From assembly GCA_031388695.1 (NCBI GenBank), contig JANMRY010000167.1, positions 15,206-79,205 of the forward strand: 64,000 nt of DNA. Direction: 5' to 3'. The position numbers and the translations under genes were made by a program. Under the pieces are notes generated by a model. The model was given only the letters and a program-made list of their open reading frames with translations. It made no database searches and was not told the origin of the DNA. This DNA is from Anaeromyxobacter sp. (GTDB lineage Bacteria > Myxococcota > Myxococcia > Myxococcales > Anaeromyxobacteraceae). Below are positions 54,104 through 64,000 of the stretch, in pieces. Position 1 is the stretch's first letter. The number at the start of each line of letters is the position of its first letter.

Positions 54104-55029
54104 GGCACCAGCCTGCGGACCGCGGCGTCCTTCTCGGTCCAGCGCGCGTCGACCTTGACGGTGAGCGCGAGGAAGACCTTGGCCCCCAGCAGCCGCTCCA
54201 GCCGCAGCCGGGCGGCGGTGCCGATCTCCTTGAGCAGCGCCCCCTTCTTGCCGATCACGATCGCCTTCTGCGAGTCGCGCTCGACGCGGATCAGCGCCGA
54301 GATGCGCACCAGCCCGCCGTCCTCGCGCCGGCCCGACTCGTCGAACTCCTCGACCTCGACGGCCGCCGAGTAGGGGAGCTCCTGGCGGGTCTTGAGCATG
54401 ATCTGCTCGCGCACGTACTCGGCCGCCAGCTGCCGCTCGGCCTGGTCGGTGAGCTGGTCGGCCGGGAAGAGCGGCGCCTCGCTCTCCGGCAGCAGCTCGA
54501 CCAGGGTGGCCACCAGGTCGTCGACGTTGTCCCCCTCCAGCGCCGAGAAGGGCACGATGGCGGCCCAGCGGTGCAGGTCCTTGTAGGCCTCGATGACCGG
54601 CAGCAGCGTCTCCTTGGGGGCCCGGTCGGCCTTGTTGATGCCGAGCACCACCGGCTTGCCGCTCCGCGCCACCTCGGCGATGACGGCGCGCGTCCCCTCC
54701 CCGATCTCGACGCGCCCGCCCGGCCCGGTGCCGGCCTCGATCATCAGCAGCGCGCCGTCCACCTCCTTCAGCGTTGTCAGCGCGGTCTCGACCATGCGCC
54801 GGTTGAGCGCCCCCTTGGCGGCGTGGATGCCGGGGGTGTCGAAGAAGGCGAGCTGGAAGTCCTCGCCGTTGACGATGCCGAGGATGCGCGTCCGGGTGGT
54901 CTGCGGGCGCGGCGTGACGATGGCGATGTGCTCACCGAGCAGGCGGTTGAGCAGCGTCGACTTGCCGACGTTGGGGCGGCCGATGAGCGCGATGAAACCG
55001 GCGCGGAACTGGGGTTTCTTGCTGGGCAC
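54100..55029 (-). CDS. era: GTPase Era
   Basis: GFIALIGRPNVGKSTLLN, DTPG, NKAD, and a KH domain C-terminus. Its stop overlaps the der start (ATGA). I prefer the GTG at 55029 just after AAGGAGG. The track start is 55044. Confidence 0.95.
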   Translation of the reverse strand: MPSKKPQFRAGFIALIGRPNVGKSTLLNRLLGEHIAIVTPRPQTTRTRILGIVNGEDFQLAFFDTPGIHAAKGALNRRMVETALTTLKEVDGALLMIEAGTGPGGRVEIGEGTRAVIAEVARSGKPVVLGINKADRAPKETLLPVIEAYKDLHRWAAIVPFSALEGDNVDDLVATLVELLPESEAPLFPADQLTDQAERQLAAEYVREQIMLKTRQELPYSAAVEVEEFDESGRREDGGLVRISALIRVERDSQKAIVIGKKGALLKEIGTAARLRLERLLGAKVFLALTVKVDARWTEKDAAVRRLVP

Positions 55030-55117
55030 GCCCCTCCTTAGCACGCGAAGGGCTGCCCGGTCGCGGGCGGGAACGTTCCCGGACGTCCGTTCGACCGGCG
55101 CGGCCCCCCCCGGCGCT

Positions 55118-55495
55118 TCAGTAGCCGCAGTTGCGCAGCGTGCTGTTGTCGATCACCCAGAGCTGGTCGGAGAAGCAGAGGTCGAGGTTGCCCAGCACGC
55201 AGTCGCGCAGCCGGTCGTCCGTGACCATCACGTCGTAGGTGCTGCAGGCCACCTGGACGGTGATCTGCTCGGCGGGGAAGAGATCGTCGTAGACCAGGTT
55301 CGGTCCCCAGTTGTTCTGGTACACCGGCACCACGTAGAGCCCGATGATCACGTGCGAGGAGCTGTTCCGGATGGTGATGGTCCCGTCGGGGTTGCCGTCG
55401 CCTCCAGCGTCGGTGGTGACACCGCAGCCCAGCGTGCCCAACAACGCGAGGCTGCAGAGGAGGCCCAGCAGCGATCGCCCTGGATTCTTGAGCAT
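55118..55495 (-). CDS. Small Cys-containing lipoprotein of unknown function
   Basis: MLKNPGRSLLGLLCSLALLGTLGCG provides a lipobox. The mature part has four Cys, is Asn/Val/Asp-rich, and has visibly lower GC than its neighbours. Confidence 0.55.
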   Translation of the reverse strand: MLKNPGRSLLGLLCSLALLGTLGCGVTTDAGGDGNPDGTITIRNSSSHVIIGLYVVPVYQNNWGPNLVYDDLFPAEQITVQVACSTYDVMVTDDRLRDCVLGNLDLCFSDQLWVIDNSTLRNCGY

Positions 55496-55723
55496 GGCTC
55501 TTCCCGTCTTCCGGCTCGCCAGGGGTGGAGAGGCTCGCGACGACGCGGCAGGCGCCCGGACCGCGATCGCATCCACCAGCCATTGCACGACGCGCGCCAA
55601 CGCCCGGAGCGCGGCGACGCGTCCTCCGGAGGCGCTCCTCGGGCTGGCCAGGAAGCCGGCGTGAGCCCCAGGTGGGCCCACGCCGGAAGGAAAGGAAGGG
55701 CAGCGGAAGGAAACCCTGCTGCT

Positions 55724-56230
55724 CTAGGCGACCGGTCCGCGGGTGATGGTCACCTTCTCCAGCGCCACCTTCTTGTTGCCGGCGCGGCCGATCTTCGGCA
55801 CCAGGTCGCCGCCCTTGACCACCTCGCCGAAGATGGTGTGGCCCCGGTTGAGGTGCGGCGTCGGGACCTCGGTGATGAAGAACTGGCAGCCGTTGGTGTT
55901 GGGGCCGGAGTTGGCCATGGCCAGCAGCCCGGGCTTGTCGAACTTGTTGTCCGGCCCGATCTCGTCCTCGAAGCGGTAGCCCGGCCCGCCGGTGCCGGTG
56001 GCGGTCGGGTCGCCACCCTGGATCATGAACTCGGGGATGACCCGGTGGAAGACGGTGCCGTCGTAGAGCGGCGTTTTCGACTTCTTCCCGGTCCCGGGGT
56101 GGGTCCACTCCTTGGTCCCCTCGGCGAGGCCGAGGAAGTTCTCCACCGTCTTGGGCGCCTTCTCGGGCAGGAGGCGGATGACGATGTCACCGAGGGAGGT
56201 CTTGAAGGTGGCGTGGAGCTGGTCGGCCAT
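55724..56230 (-). CDS. ppiB: Cytoplasmic cyclophilin-type peptidyl-prolyl isomerase
   Basis: FHRVIPEFMIQGGDPTATGTGGPGY, LAMANSGPNTNGCQFFIT, HTIFGEV. Confidence 0.93.
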   Translation of the reverse strand: MADQLHATFKTSLGDIVIRLLPEKAPKTVENFLGLAEGTKEWTHPGTGKKSKTPLYDGTVFHRVIPEFMIQGGDPTATGTGGPGYRFEDEIGPDNKFDKPGLLAMANSGPNTNGCQFFITEVPTPHLNRGHTIFGEVVKGGDLVPKIGRAGNKKVALEKVTITRGPVA

Positions 56231-56241
56231 GGTGGTCTCCC

Positions 56242-56898
<657 letters not shown>

Positions 56899-56908
56899 GC
56901 CCCGGATG

Positions 56909-57661
56909 CTAACGGTCGGTCGGCGGGGCGGCAAGCGTCTCGAGGGCCTGTCGGGCCGCGGCCTGCTCGGCGTCCTTCTTGGAGCGCCCGGTGGCGCGAC
57001 CCACCACCTCGCCGCGCAGCTCCACCTCGACGTCGAACAGCTTGGCGTGGTCGGGGCCGAGCTCGGCAGCGACCCGGTAGCGCGGAGCGACCCTGAAGCG
57101 GGCCTGGGCCACCTCCTGCAGCTGGGTCTTGAAGTCCCGGTCGAGGGTCCCGGCGGTGGCCCGGTCGAAGACCGCCTCCAGCGAGCCGTCGACCAGCCGC
57201 AGCACCGCCGGAAGGCCTCCTTCCAGGTAGACCACCGCCACCACCGCCTCCATGGCGTCGGCCAGCAGCGAGGGCTTCTCGCGGCCACCGGTCAGCTCCT
57301 CGCCGCGGCCGAGCCGCAGCAGCGGGCCGAGCTCGAAGCTGCGGGCCAGCGCGGCCAGCCCCGGCTCGTCCACCACCGCCGCGCGCATCTTGGAGAGCTC
57401 TCCCTCGCGCGCCGCCGGGAACCGCTCCATGAGCCGGTGCGAGACGGCCAGGTCGATGACGGCGTCGCCGAGGAACTCGAGGCGCTCGTTGTCCTCCAGC
57501 CCATCGTCGGGGTGCTCGTTGACGAAGGAGCGGTGGGTGAGCGCCGCCAGCGCGGTGCTCGCCGCGAGGAACGTGAAGCCGGTGCGCGCCTCCAGGGCGT
57601 CGACCAGCGCGCGCTCCTCGGGGGAGAGCGCGGCGTCGGCGGGCGGCTCGGTCGGTTCCAT
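56909..57661 (-). CDS. rnc: Ribonuclease III
   Basis: The NERLEFLGDAV signature and a dsRBD at the C-terminus (FKTQLQE...GPDHAKLF...GRSKKDAEQAAA). Its start overlaps the meaB stop (TGATG). Confidence 0.95.
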   Translation of the reverse strand: MEPTEPPADAALSPEERALVDALEARTGFTFLAASTALAALTHRSFVNEHPDDGLEDNERLEFLGDAVIDLAVSHRLMERFPAAREGELSKMRAAVVDEPGLAALARSFELGPLLRLGRGEELTGGREKPSLLADAMEAVVAVVYLEGGLPAVLRLVDGSLEAVFDRATAGTLDRDFKTQLQEVAQARFRVAPRYRVAAELGPDHAKLFDVEVELRGEVVGRATGRSKKDAEQAAARQALETLAAPPTDR

Positions 57662-58689
57662 CAGGGGTGGAGGCGGGCCGCCAGCTCGGCGGCCAGCGCG
57701 TAGGGATCGGCCTCGCGGCTGGCGATGCGTGCCGCCACCGCGTCGAGCCGCCCCAGCTCCGACTCGAGCCGGCTCAGGGCGCCGGCCAGCAGCCGCTCGC
57801 GCAGCAGGGCGATGAAGCCGGCCCTCGCCCGGGCCACCTCGCGGGCCCGCTTCTGGCCGCTGACCTCCAGCCAGGTGAGGTGGCGCTGCATGGCCGCGCC
57901 GAGGTCGTCGATCCCCTCCCCGGTCACCGCCACCGCTCTCACGATGGGCGGCTCCCAGTCGGGATCGGGCTGGTTGGCGGCCGCCGGCACCGGCGCCGGC
58001 CCGGCCGGGCGGTGGTGTGCGTCGTGATCCTGGGGCGGCGCCTGGATGATGCGGCGCACCTCGAGCATGCCCTGCAGGTCGCGGATGGTGCGGTCGGCCC
58101 CCTCGCGGTCGGCCTTGTTGACGCAGAAGATGTCGGCGATCTCCAGCACCCCGGCCTTGATGGCCTGCACGTCGTCGCCCATCCCCGGGACGGCGACCAC
58201 CACCACGGTGTGGGCCAGCGAGGCGATCTCGATCTCGTCCTGTCCGACCCCGACCGTCTCCACGATGATGACGTCCTTGCCCATGGCGTCGAGCACCCAG
58301 ACCAGGTCGGAGGTGGAGCGGGAGAGGCCGCCGAGGTGGCCCCGGGTCCCCAGCGAGCGGATGAAGACGCCGGGGTCGGTGGCGTGGTCCTGCATGCGGA
58401 TCCGGTCGCCGAGGATCGCCCCGCCCGAGAAGGGGCTGGTCGGGTCGACGGCGATCACCCCCACGGTCCGGCCGGCGCGGCGGTGGTAGCCGATGAGCCG
58501 GTCGGTGAGCGTCGACTTCCCGGCGCCCGGCGACCCGGTGATGCCGACGACCCAGGCCTTGCCGGTCCTGGGGAAGAGCGTCCGCAGCGTCGCCTCGCTC
58601 TCGCCGTAGCGGTCGTCGAGGTCGCGCATGAGGCGGGCGGTGGCCCGCACCTCGCCCGCCAGGATCCGGTCGGCCAGGGTGGTGGTCAT
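57661..58689 (-). CDS. meaB: G3E-family GTPase MeaB/ArgK
   Basis: GITGSPGAGKSTL, DPTSPFSGGAILGDRIRM, VETVGVGQ, and NKAD. A His/Pro-rich insertion (QDHDAHHRPAGPAPVP) is present. Confidence 0.9.
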   Translation of the reverse strand: MTTTLADRILAGEVRATARLMRDLDDRYGESEATLRTLFPRTGKAWVVGITGSPGAGKSTLTDRLIGYHRRAGRTVGVIAVDPTSPFSGGAILGDRIRMQDHATDPGVFIRSLGTRGHLGGLSRSTSDLVWVLDAMGKDVIIVETVGVGQDEIEIASLAHTVVVVAVPGMGDDVQAIKAGVLEIADIFCVNKADREGADRTIRDLQGMLEVRRIIQAPPQDHDAHHRPAGPAPVPAAANQPDPDWEPPIVRAVAVTGEGIDDLGAAMQRHLTWLEVSGQKRAREVARARAGFIALLRERLLAGALSRLESELGRLDAVAARIASREADPYALAAELAARLHP

Positions 58690-60026
58690 CAGTAGGCCGC
58701 GGCCTCGGGGACGAAGTTGGCGACCAGGATGGCGGCCGCCATCTTGCGGGGCGCCCCGATGGGCTGGCGGGCATGGTCGAGCTGGCGGTAGAGCACGGCG
58801 CCGTCCTGGACCTGGTCGATGAGGATGAGGAGCCGCCACCCGGAGCGGGCCTGGGTGAAGACCGCCTCGAAGTCGCTCCGCTTGAGGACGCGGGCCGCGC
58901 CGTAGGGCTTGCCGTCGATGTCGGTGCCGACGTAGCGCACCTCGTCCGGGCCGGAGTCCTCCAGCACCACGTTCATCACCCAGACCTCGGTGGGGAGCGG
59001 GAGCAGGTGCTGCGGCAGCTCCCCGGTGGTGGCCTCGGCGCCGACCATGTCGAGCGGACCGCCAGCGGCCGCGGAGGCCCCGGTGACCGGCTCGGCGGGG
59101 GCCCCGAGCGCCCGGGAGACCACCAGGCGCGTGCCGGGGAAGTTCCCCAGCTCGAACCGGTCGGACCAGACGTCGCCGCTGGGGCCGATGAGCCGCCCCT
59201 TGAAGCGCGTCCCCATCTCCCGGCTGGCCACGAAGCGGTAGCGGGTGCCGGCGTGCTGGAACTCCTGGACCAGCTCGACCATGGCGTTGGGCGGCAGCAT
59301 GGCCTCGGGGCCGAAGACCTCGGCGAGCCGGGCCAGGGTGAGCGCGTTGCGCGGGGCCGGGGTGGCCTCGAGCCGGGACGGTGGCCCGGCGTCGGGAGGC
59401 GACTCGACCGCGACCTCCGGGGCCGTCTCCATGAGCGGGAGCGAGCCGACCAGGAAGGCCTCCAGCGCGGCCCCGCTCGTGAAGGTGCCGAGCTCGAGCG
59501 GCGGGAAGCTGGCCGCCACCTCGCGGGGGCGCCCCCCGACCGGCGCCACCCGGGAGACCCGGGCGCCGTCGGCGCCGCCGAGGATCTCGAAGGCGTGGTT
59601 CGGCGCCTTGACGACGGCGCGCAGCTGGAGCCGCTCGGCGTCGACCGCCACCTCCAGCTGAAGGGCCCGCATCCGGGCCGCCACGTCCTCGAGCTGGCCG
59701 TGGAGGGCCGCCAGCGCCGTGCCCACCGCCTGCTCGAAGCCGAGCAGCCGCTCGTGGAGGTAGAAGTCGACGGAGCCGAGCGCCGAGAGCGGCGGGTCGA
59801 CGAAGGTGAGCCGGTCGTGGCCCGAGACCACGAAGCGGGCCCGGGCGATGGTCTGGCCGGTGGCCGGGTGGACCACCCGCCCGCTGAAGCCGATCTCGCC
59901 CTCCAGGGTCTCGCGGTCGGTCCCGAGCCGCACCGGGACCCCCAGCGTGGAGAGCTTCCGCGAGGCGATCTGGTTGAGCCGCTCACGGGCGATGCGCCCG
60001 ATGATGGTGTGTTCGCCTTCACCCAT
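58689..60026 (-). CDS. Conserved-looking cytoplasmic protein of unknown function (445 aa)
   Basis: It has strong GC3 bias, no signal peptide or TM segment, and no motif I recognise. It starts 27 nt after the acyl-CoA dehydrogenase stop, and its stop overlaps the meaB start (TGATG). Confidence 0.7.
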   Translation of the reverse strand: MGEGEHTIIGRIARERLNQIASRKLSTLGVPVRLGTDRETLEGEIGFSGRVVHPATGQTIARARFVVSGHDRLTFVDPPLSALGSVDFYLHERLLGFEQAVGTALAALHGQLEDVAARMRALQLEVAVDAERLQLRAVVKAPNHAFEILGGADGARVSRVAPVGGRPREVAASFPPLELGTFTSGAALEAFLVGSLPLMETAPEVAVESPPDAGPPSRLEATPAPRNALTLARLAEVFGPEAMLPPNAMVELVQEFQHAGTRYRFVASREMGTRFKGRLIGPSGDVWSDRFELGNFPGTRLVVSRALGAPAEPVTGASAAAGGPLDMVGAEATTGELPQHLLPLPTEVWVMNVVLEDSGPDEVRYVGTDIDGKPYGAARVLKRSDFEAVFTQARSGWRLLILIDQVQDGAVLYRQLDHARQPIGAPRKMAAAILVANFVPEAAAY

Positions 60027-60053
60027 GGTACGTGGTCTAGCCTCCGGGCGACT

Positions 60054-61208
60054 CTACACCAGAACGCCGCGGGTCAGGAGGTCGCGCCCGATCACCATGC
60101 GCTGGATCTCGCTGGTCCCCTCCCCGATCTCGCAGAGCTTGGCGTCGCGGAAGTAGCGCTCCACCGGGAAGTCCTGGGTGTAGCCGTAGCCGCCGTGGAT
60201 CTGGATGGCCTTGCTGGTGGCCCGCATGGCCGCCTCGCTGGAGTAGAGCTTGGCCATGGCCGCCTCGCGGTTGAAGCGCACCCCGGCGTCGCAGAGCGCC
60301 GCGGCGCGCCGCACCAGCAGCCTCGAGGCGTCGACCTCGGTGGCCATGTCGGCCAGCATGAAGGAGATGGCCTGGTGCTCCGCGATGGGCTTGCCGAAGG
60401 TCTTGCGCTCCAGGGCGTATTTCCTCGCCTCCTCCAGCGCGCCCCGCCCCAGCCCGACCGCCAGCGCCCCGATGGTGATGCGGCCGCGGTCGAGGATCTG
60501 CAGGGTGTTGATGAAGCCCTGGTGGAGCTCGCCGATGCGGTGGTCGTCGCCCACCTCGACCTCGTCGAGGTGGAGCTCGGCGGTGTCGGAGGAGCGCATG
60601 CCGAGCTTGTCGTGGATGCGCCGCTGCGTGAAGCCCGGGGTCCCCTTCTCGACCACGAAGGCGCTGATGCCGTGCTGGCGCTTGGCCGGGTCGGTGAGGG
60701 CCAGGATCAGGAAGGTGTCGCCCACCGTCCCCTGGGTGATGAAGGTCTTGGCGCCGTTGAGCACCCAGCGCTCGCCGCGCCGCACCGCGGTGGTGCTCAG
60801 CCCCGAGGCGTCGGAGCCGCTGCCCGGCTCGGTCAGCCCCCAGGCCGCCAGCTTCTCGCCCCGGGCCAGCGGCGGGATCCAGCGCTGCTTCTGCGCCTCG
60901 GTGCCGAACTTGAGGATGTGCCCCTGCCCCAGGCCGTTGTGGCTGGCCACGGTGAGGGCCAGGGAGCCGTCCCAGCGCGCGATCTCCTCGACCACCACCG
61001 AGGTGGCCATGGCGCCCAGCCCGGCCCCGCCGTAGGCCTCGGGCACGGCGATGCCGAGCAGCCCGAGCCCGGCCAGCTGCTTGACGACGGCGAAGGGGAA
61101 CTCGCCGGTCCGGTCCCACTCGCGGGCGCGGGGGGCCACCTCGGCCTGGCACAGCTCGCGGACGGTGCGCTGGATCTCGACCAGCTCCTCGGGCAGCTCG
61201 AAGTTCAT
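60054..61208 (-). CDS. Acyl-CoA dehydrogenase, probably isovaleryl-CoA dehydrogenase
   Basis: Acyl-CoA dehydrogenase motifs ([12 protein letters not shown] and [35 protein letters not shown]). It sits next to carboxyltransferase, hydratase and HMG-CoA lyase genes. Confidence 0.88.
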   Translation of the reverse strand: MNFELPEELVEIQRTVRELCQAEVAPRAREWDRTGEFPFAVVKQLAGLGLLGIAVPEAYGGAGLGAMATSVVVEEIARWDGSLALTVASHNGLGQGHILKFGTEAQKQRWIPPLARGEKLAAWGLTEPGSGSDASGLSTTAVRRGERWVLNGAKTFITQGTVGDTFLILALTDPAKRQHGISAFVVEKGTPGFTQRRIHDKLGMRSSDTAELHLDEVEVGDDHRIGELHQGFINTLQILDRGRITIGALAVGLGRGALEEARKYALERKTFGKPIAEHQAISFMLADMATEVDASRLLVRRAAALCDAGVRFNREAAMAKLYSSEAAMRATSKAIQIHGGYGYTQDFPVERYFRDAKLCEIGEGTSEIQRMVIGRDLLTRGVLV

Positions 61209-61218
61209 GGGGCCTCTC

Positions 61219-62748
61219 CTAGACCGGGGTGACGCCGTGCTTGCGGGTGGCGGGCGGCTCGTAGCCCTCGGCGTAGAGCCGGTAGCGCCGGGCCAGCTCG
61301 TCGCGGAGGCCGCGCCCGGGCACCACCGCGTCGATCACCAACTCGCTGGCCAGCTTCACGAGGTCGATGTCCTTCTTGTACTCGTCGCGCAGGGAGGCCA
61401 CGAAGGCGGCGCGCTCGGCCTCCGGCTTCTCCTGGATCTTGTTGAAGTAGACGGCGTTGACGGCCGCCTCCGGCCCCATCACCGCGATCATCGCCTCGGG
61501 CAGCGCCAGCGTGGCCGAGGGGGCGAAGCCCGGGCCGTCCATGGCGTAGAGCCCGGCGCCGTAGGCCTTGCGGACCACCACGCAGATGCGCGGCACGGTC
61601 GCCTCGGAGACCGCGCTGATCATCTTGGCGCCGGAGCGGATGATGCCGGCCCGCTCCACCCGGGTGCCGATCATGAAGCCGGGCACGTCGGAGAGGTAGA
61701 GCAGCGGGATGTTGAAGGCGTCGCAGAGCCAGATGAAGCGGGCCGCCTTGTCGGCCGAGTCGACGAAGAGCACGCCGCCCTTGACCTTGGGCTGGTTGGC
61801 CACGATCCCGACCACCCGGCCGTCGATGCGCGCCAGCCCGGTCACCAGCTCGCCGGCCCAGAGCTTCTTGACCTCGAGGAAGCTCCCCTCGTCGACCAGC
61901 GCCTCGACCAGCTCGGTCATGTCGAAGGGGCGGTTCTGGTCGCCGGGGATGATCTCCTCGGGCGCGCGGGCCCCGGCCCTGGGGGCCCTGGCCGGCGCCG
62001 CCGGGGGCAGCTCGCGGTGGCTGCGCGGGAAGTAGGAGAACCAGCGCCGCGCCAGCGCCAGGGCCTCCTGCTCGGTCTTGACGAGGAAGTCGCCGCAGCC
62101 GGAGACCGAGCAGTGCATGCGGGCGCCGCCCAGCTCCTCGAGCGTGACCTTCTCGCCGATCACCATCTCGGCCATGCGGGGCGAGCCGAGGTACATGGAG
62201 GCGTTCCCCTCCACCATCACCACGATGTCGCAGAAGGCCGGGATGTAGGCGCCGCCGGCCGCCGACGGGCCGAAGAGCAGGCAGACCTGCGGGACCCGCC
62301 CGGAGAGGGCCACCTCGTTGTAGAAGATCCGCCCGGCGCCGCGCCGGCCTGGGAACATCTCGACCTGGTCGGTGATGCGCGCCCCGGCCGAGTCGACCAG
62401 GTAGAAGAGCGGGAAGCGGTTGGCCGCCGCCACCTCCTGGACCCGGAGGATCTTCTCGACGGTGCGGGCGCCCCAGGAGCCGGCCTTGACGGTCGAATCG
62501 TTGGCCATGACCGCCACCGGGCGGCCGCCGATGGTCCCCAGCCCGGTCACCACGCCGTCGGCAGGGAGCTCCGGGTCGAGGGCGTTGGCCAGCGCCCCGT
62601 CCTCCACGAAGGAGCCCTCGTCGAGCAGCAGCGCCAGCCGCTCGCGGGCGAAGAGCTTCCCCTGCTCGCGGTTCTTCTGGTGGTAGCGCTCGGCGCCGCC
62701 CTTGCGGACCCGGGCCAGCTCCGCTTCCATCTGCTCGTCACGGTTCAT
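61219..62748 (-). CDS. Acyl-CoA carboxylase carboxyltransferase (beta) subunit, methylcrotonoyl-CoA carboxylase-like
   Basis: [14 protein letters not shown], the two-lobed carboxyltransferase pattern, and GGAYIPA...[13 protein letters not shown]. Confidence 0.92.
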   Translation of the reverse strand: MNRDEQMEAELARVRKGGAERYHQKNREQGKLFARERLALLLDEGSFVEDGALANALDPELPADGVVTGLGTIGGRPVAVMANDSTVKAGSWGARTVEKILRVQEVAAANRFPLFYLVDSAGARITDQVEMFPGRRGAGRIFYNEVALSGRVPQVCLLFGPSAAGGAYIPAFCDIVVMVEGNASMYLGSPRMAEMVIGEKVTLEELGGARMHCSVSGCGDFLVKTEQEALALARRWFSYFPRSHRELPPAAPARAPRAGARAPEEIIPGDQNRPFDMTELVEALVDEGSFLEVKKLWAGELVTGLARIDGRVVGIVANQPKVKGGVLFVDSADKAARFIWLCDAFNIPLLYLSDVPGFMIGTRVERAGIIRSGAKMISAVSEATVPRICVVVRKAYGAGLYAMDGPGFAPSATLALPEAMIAVMGPEAAVNAVYFNKIQEKPEAERAAFVASLRDEYKKDIDLVKLASELVIDAVVPGRGLRDELARRYRLYAEGYEPPATRKHGVTPV

Positions 62749-62791
62749 CGGTGGCTCCTGAAAAGTCGCCGCGCCTGGTGGCGTCGGCGCG

Positions 62792-63565
62792 TCACTCGCC
62801 CTTGAAGACCGGGGCGCGCTTCTCGGCGAAGGCCTGCAGCGCCTCCTGCCGGTCGGCGGTGGGGATGCAGGCCTGGTAGAGCCGGTTCTCGAGATCGAGG
62901 GCCTCGCCCATGGGCAGCGAGAAGCCGCGGTCGATGGCCCGCTTGGCCTGGCGCAGCGAGACCGGGGCGTTGCGAGCCACCCGCTCGGCCAGCGCCAGCG
63001 CGGCGCCGGGCAGCTGATCGATGGGCACCACCTGGCCCACCAGCCCCATGGCCAGGGCCTCGGGGGCGGTCACCCGCCGGGCGGTCAGGATCAGCTCCTT
63101 GGCGCGGGCCAGGCCGACCACCCGCGGCAGCCGCTGGGTCCCGCCCGCCCCGGGGATGATGCCGAGGCCGACCTCGGGGAGCGCCAGCTCGGCCGAGTCT
63201 GCGGCGAGGCGCAGGTCGCAGGCCAGGGCCAGCTCCAGCCCGCCGCCGAGCGCCACGCCGTTGATGGCGGCGATCACCGGCTGGGGCAGCGCCTCCAGCC
63301 CGTCGAAGGCGGCGCGGATCGCCTTGTGGAAGCCGGCCACCGCCCCCTCGTCCATCCGGGCCCGCTCCTTCAGGTCGGCGCCGGCGCAGAAGGCCTTGGC
63401 GCCGGTCCCGGTCAGGATCACCGCCCGCAGCGTCCGGTCGGCGGCGGCGCGGGCCTGGTGCTCGAGCAGCTCGCGCAGCAGGGCCACGCTCAGCGAGTTG
63501 CGGCGGGCCTCGCCGAGGATGGTCCACCGCTCGATGGCGCCGAACCGCTCGACGTTCCACTCCAT
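62792..63565 (-). CDS. Enoyl-CoA hydratase family, probably methylglutaconyl-CoA hydratase
   Basis: GTGAKAFCAGADLKER, AAINGVALGGGLELALACD, and LPEVGLGIIPGAGGTQRL. ATG at 63565, one nt after the upstream stop. Confidence 0.88.
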   Translation of the reverse strand: MEWNVERFGAIERWTILGEARRNSLSVALLRELLEHQARAAADRTLRAVILTGTGAKAFCAGADLKERARMDEGAVAGFHKAIRAAFDGLEALPQPVIAAINGVALGGGLELALACDLRLAADSAELALPEVGLGIIPGAGGTQRLPRVVGLARAKELILTARRVTAPEALAMGLVGQVVPIDQLPGAALALAERVARNAPVSLRQAKRAIDRGFSLPMGEALDLENRLYQACIPTADRQEALQAFAEKRAPVFKGE

Positions 63566-63566
63566 G

Positions 63567-64000
63567 TCAACCCTCCGCGTGCGTCGCGAGCGCAGCCCGG
63601 AGCGCCCTCCCCGGAAGTTCACGCCCGGTGAGCCGTTGCGCCAGGGCGCCGGCCTTCACCAGCTTGTCGAGATCGATGCCCGTGTCGTACCCCATGCCGT
63701 GGAGCAGGTACACCAGATCTTCGGTGGCCAGGTTGCCGGAGGCGCCGGGGGCGTAGGGGCAGCCGCCCAGGCCGCCCACCGAGGCGTCGAAGGTGGTGAT
63801 CCCCTCCTCCAGGCCGGCCAGGGCGTTGGCCAGGGCGGTGCCGCGGGTGTCGTGGAGGTGGAGCGCCAGCCGCTCGGCCGGGACCTCCGGCAGCAGCCGG
63901 CGCAGCACCGCCCGGACCTGCCGCGGCGTCCCGACGCCGATGGTGTCGCCGAGCGAGACCTGGTCGCAGCCGAGCTCGAGCAGGCGGACGGCCACCGCCG
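63567..64000 (-). CDS. Hydroxymethylglutaryl-CoA lyase, C-terminal part. The gene continues beyond the window end.
   Basis: LGDTIGVGTPRQV, LHLHDTRGTALANALAGLEEGITTFDASVGGLGGCPYAPGASGNLATEDLVYLL. Confidence 0.9.
   Translation of the reverse strand, partial: AVAVRLLELGCDQVSLGDTIGVGTPRQVRAVLRRLLPEVPAERLALHLHDTRGTALANALAGLEEGITTFDASVGGLGGCPYAPGASGNLATEDLVYLLHGMGYDTGIDLDKLVKAGALAQRLTGRELPGRALRAALATHAEG

Overview
Very high-GC bacterial chromosomal segment (exact %GC not computed). The gene content suggests a Myxococcota/Anaeromyxobacter-like organism: a PpcA-type triheme cytochrome, multiheme cytochromes, many ECF/HEAT/TPR proteins and Pro/Ala-rich linkers. That assignment is inference only. I can support about 55 protein-coding genes. 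Most are core housekeeping: lexA, mutS, glnD, tsaC, xerD, trpS, scpAB, rluB, rtcA, apbC/mrp, ribA, dcp, mutT, bamB-like, der, era, two cyclophilins, rnc and meaB. There is also a butyryl-CoA type beta-oxidation set and a leucine-catabolism (liu-like) cluster. I found no rRNA, tRNA, CRISPR array, transposase or prophage gene. Many long ORFs in the six-frame track are alternate-frame or antisense artefacts of the GC bias. No single module is proven to be a new system. The candidates ranked highest for follow-up are: (1) a fused monoheme cytochrome-porin (Cyc2/Cyt572-like architecture) next to a pentaheme cytochrome at 4955-7524; (2) a lower-GC islet at 36962-42882 with a domain-permuted STAND-SARP regulator, a GTGTGAGCC triple direct repeat in the divergent promoter, and a lipoprotein built from two different 120-bp tandem repeat families; (3) an ECF sigma / anti-sigma / STN-STN-beta-helix-polytopic membrane protein module at 26821-29791; (4) a coiled-coil protein ending in a RelE/ParE-like toxin fold at 29-1306; (5) a 445-aa protein of unknown function translationally coupled between the liu genes and meaB-rnc at 58689-60026; (6) the largest non-coding stretch, 43579-44072, with an AT-rich island and repeated GGACATTT motifs. 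All domain calls come from reading the translated sequence. No database search was run.
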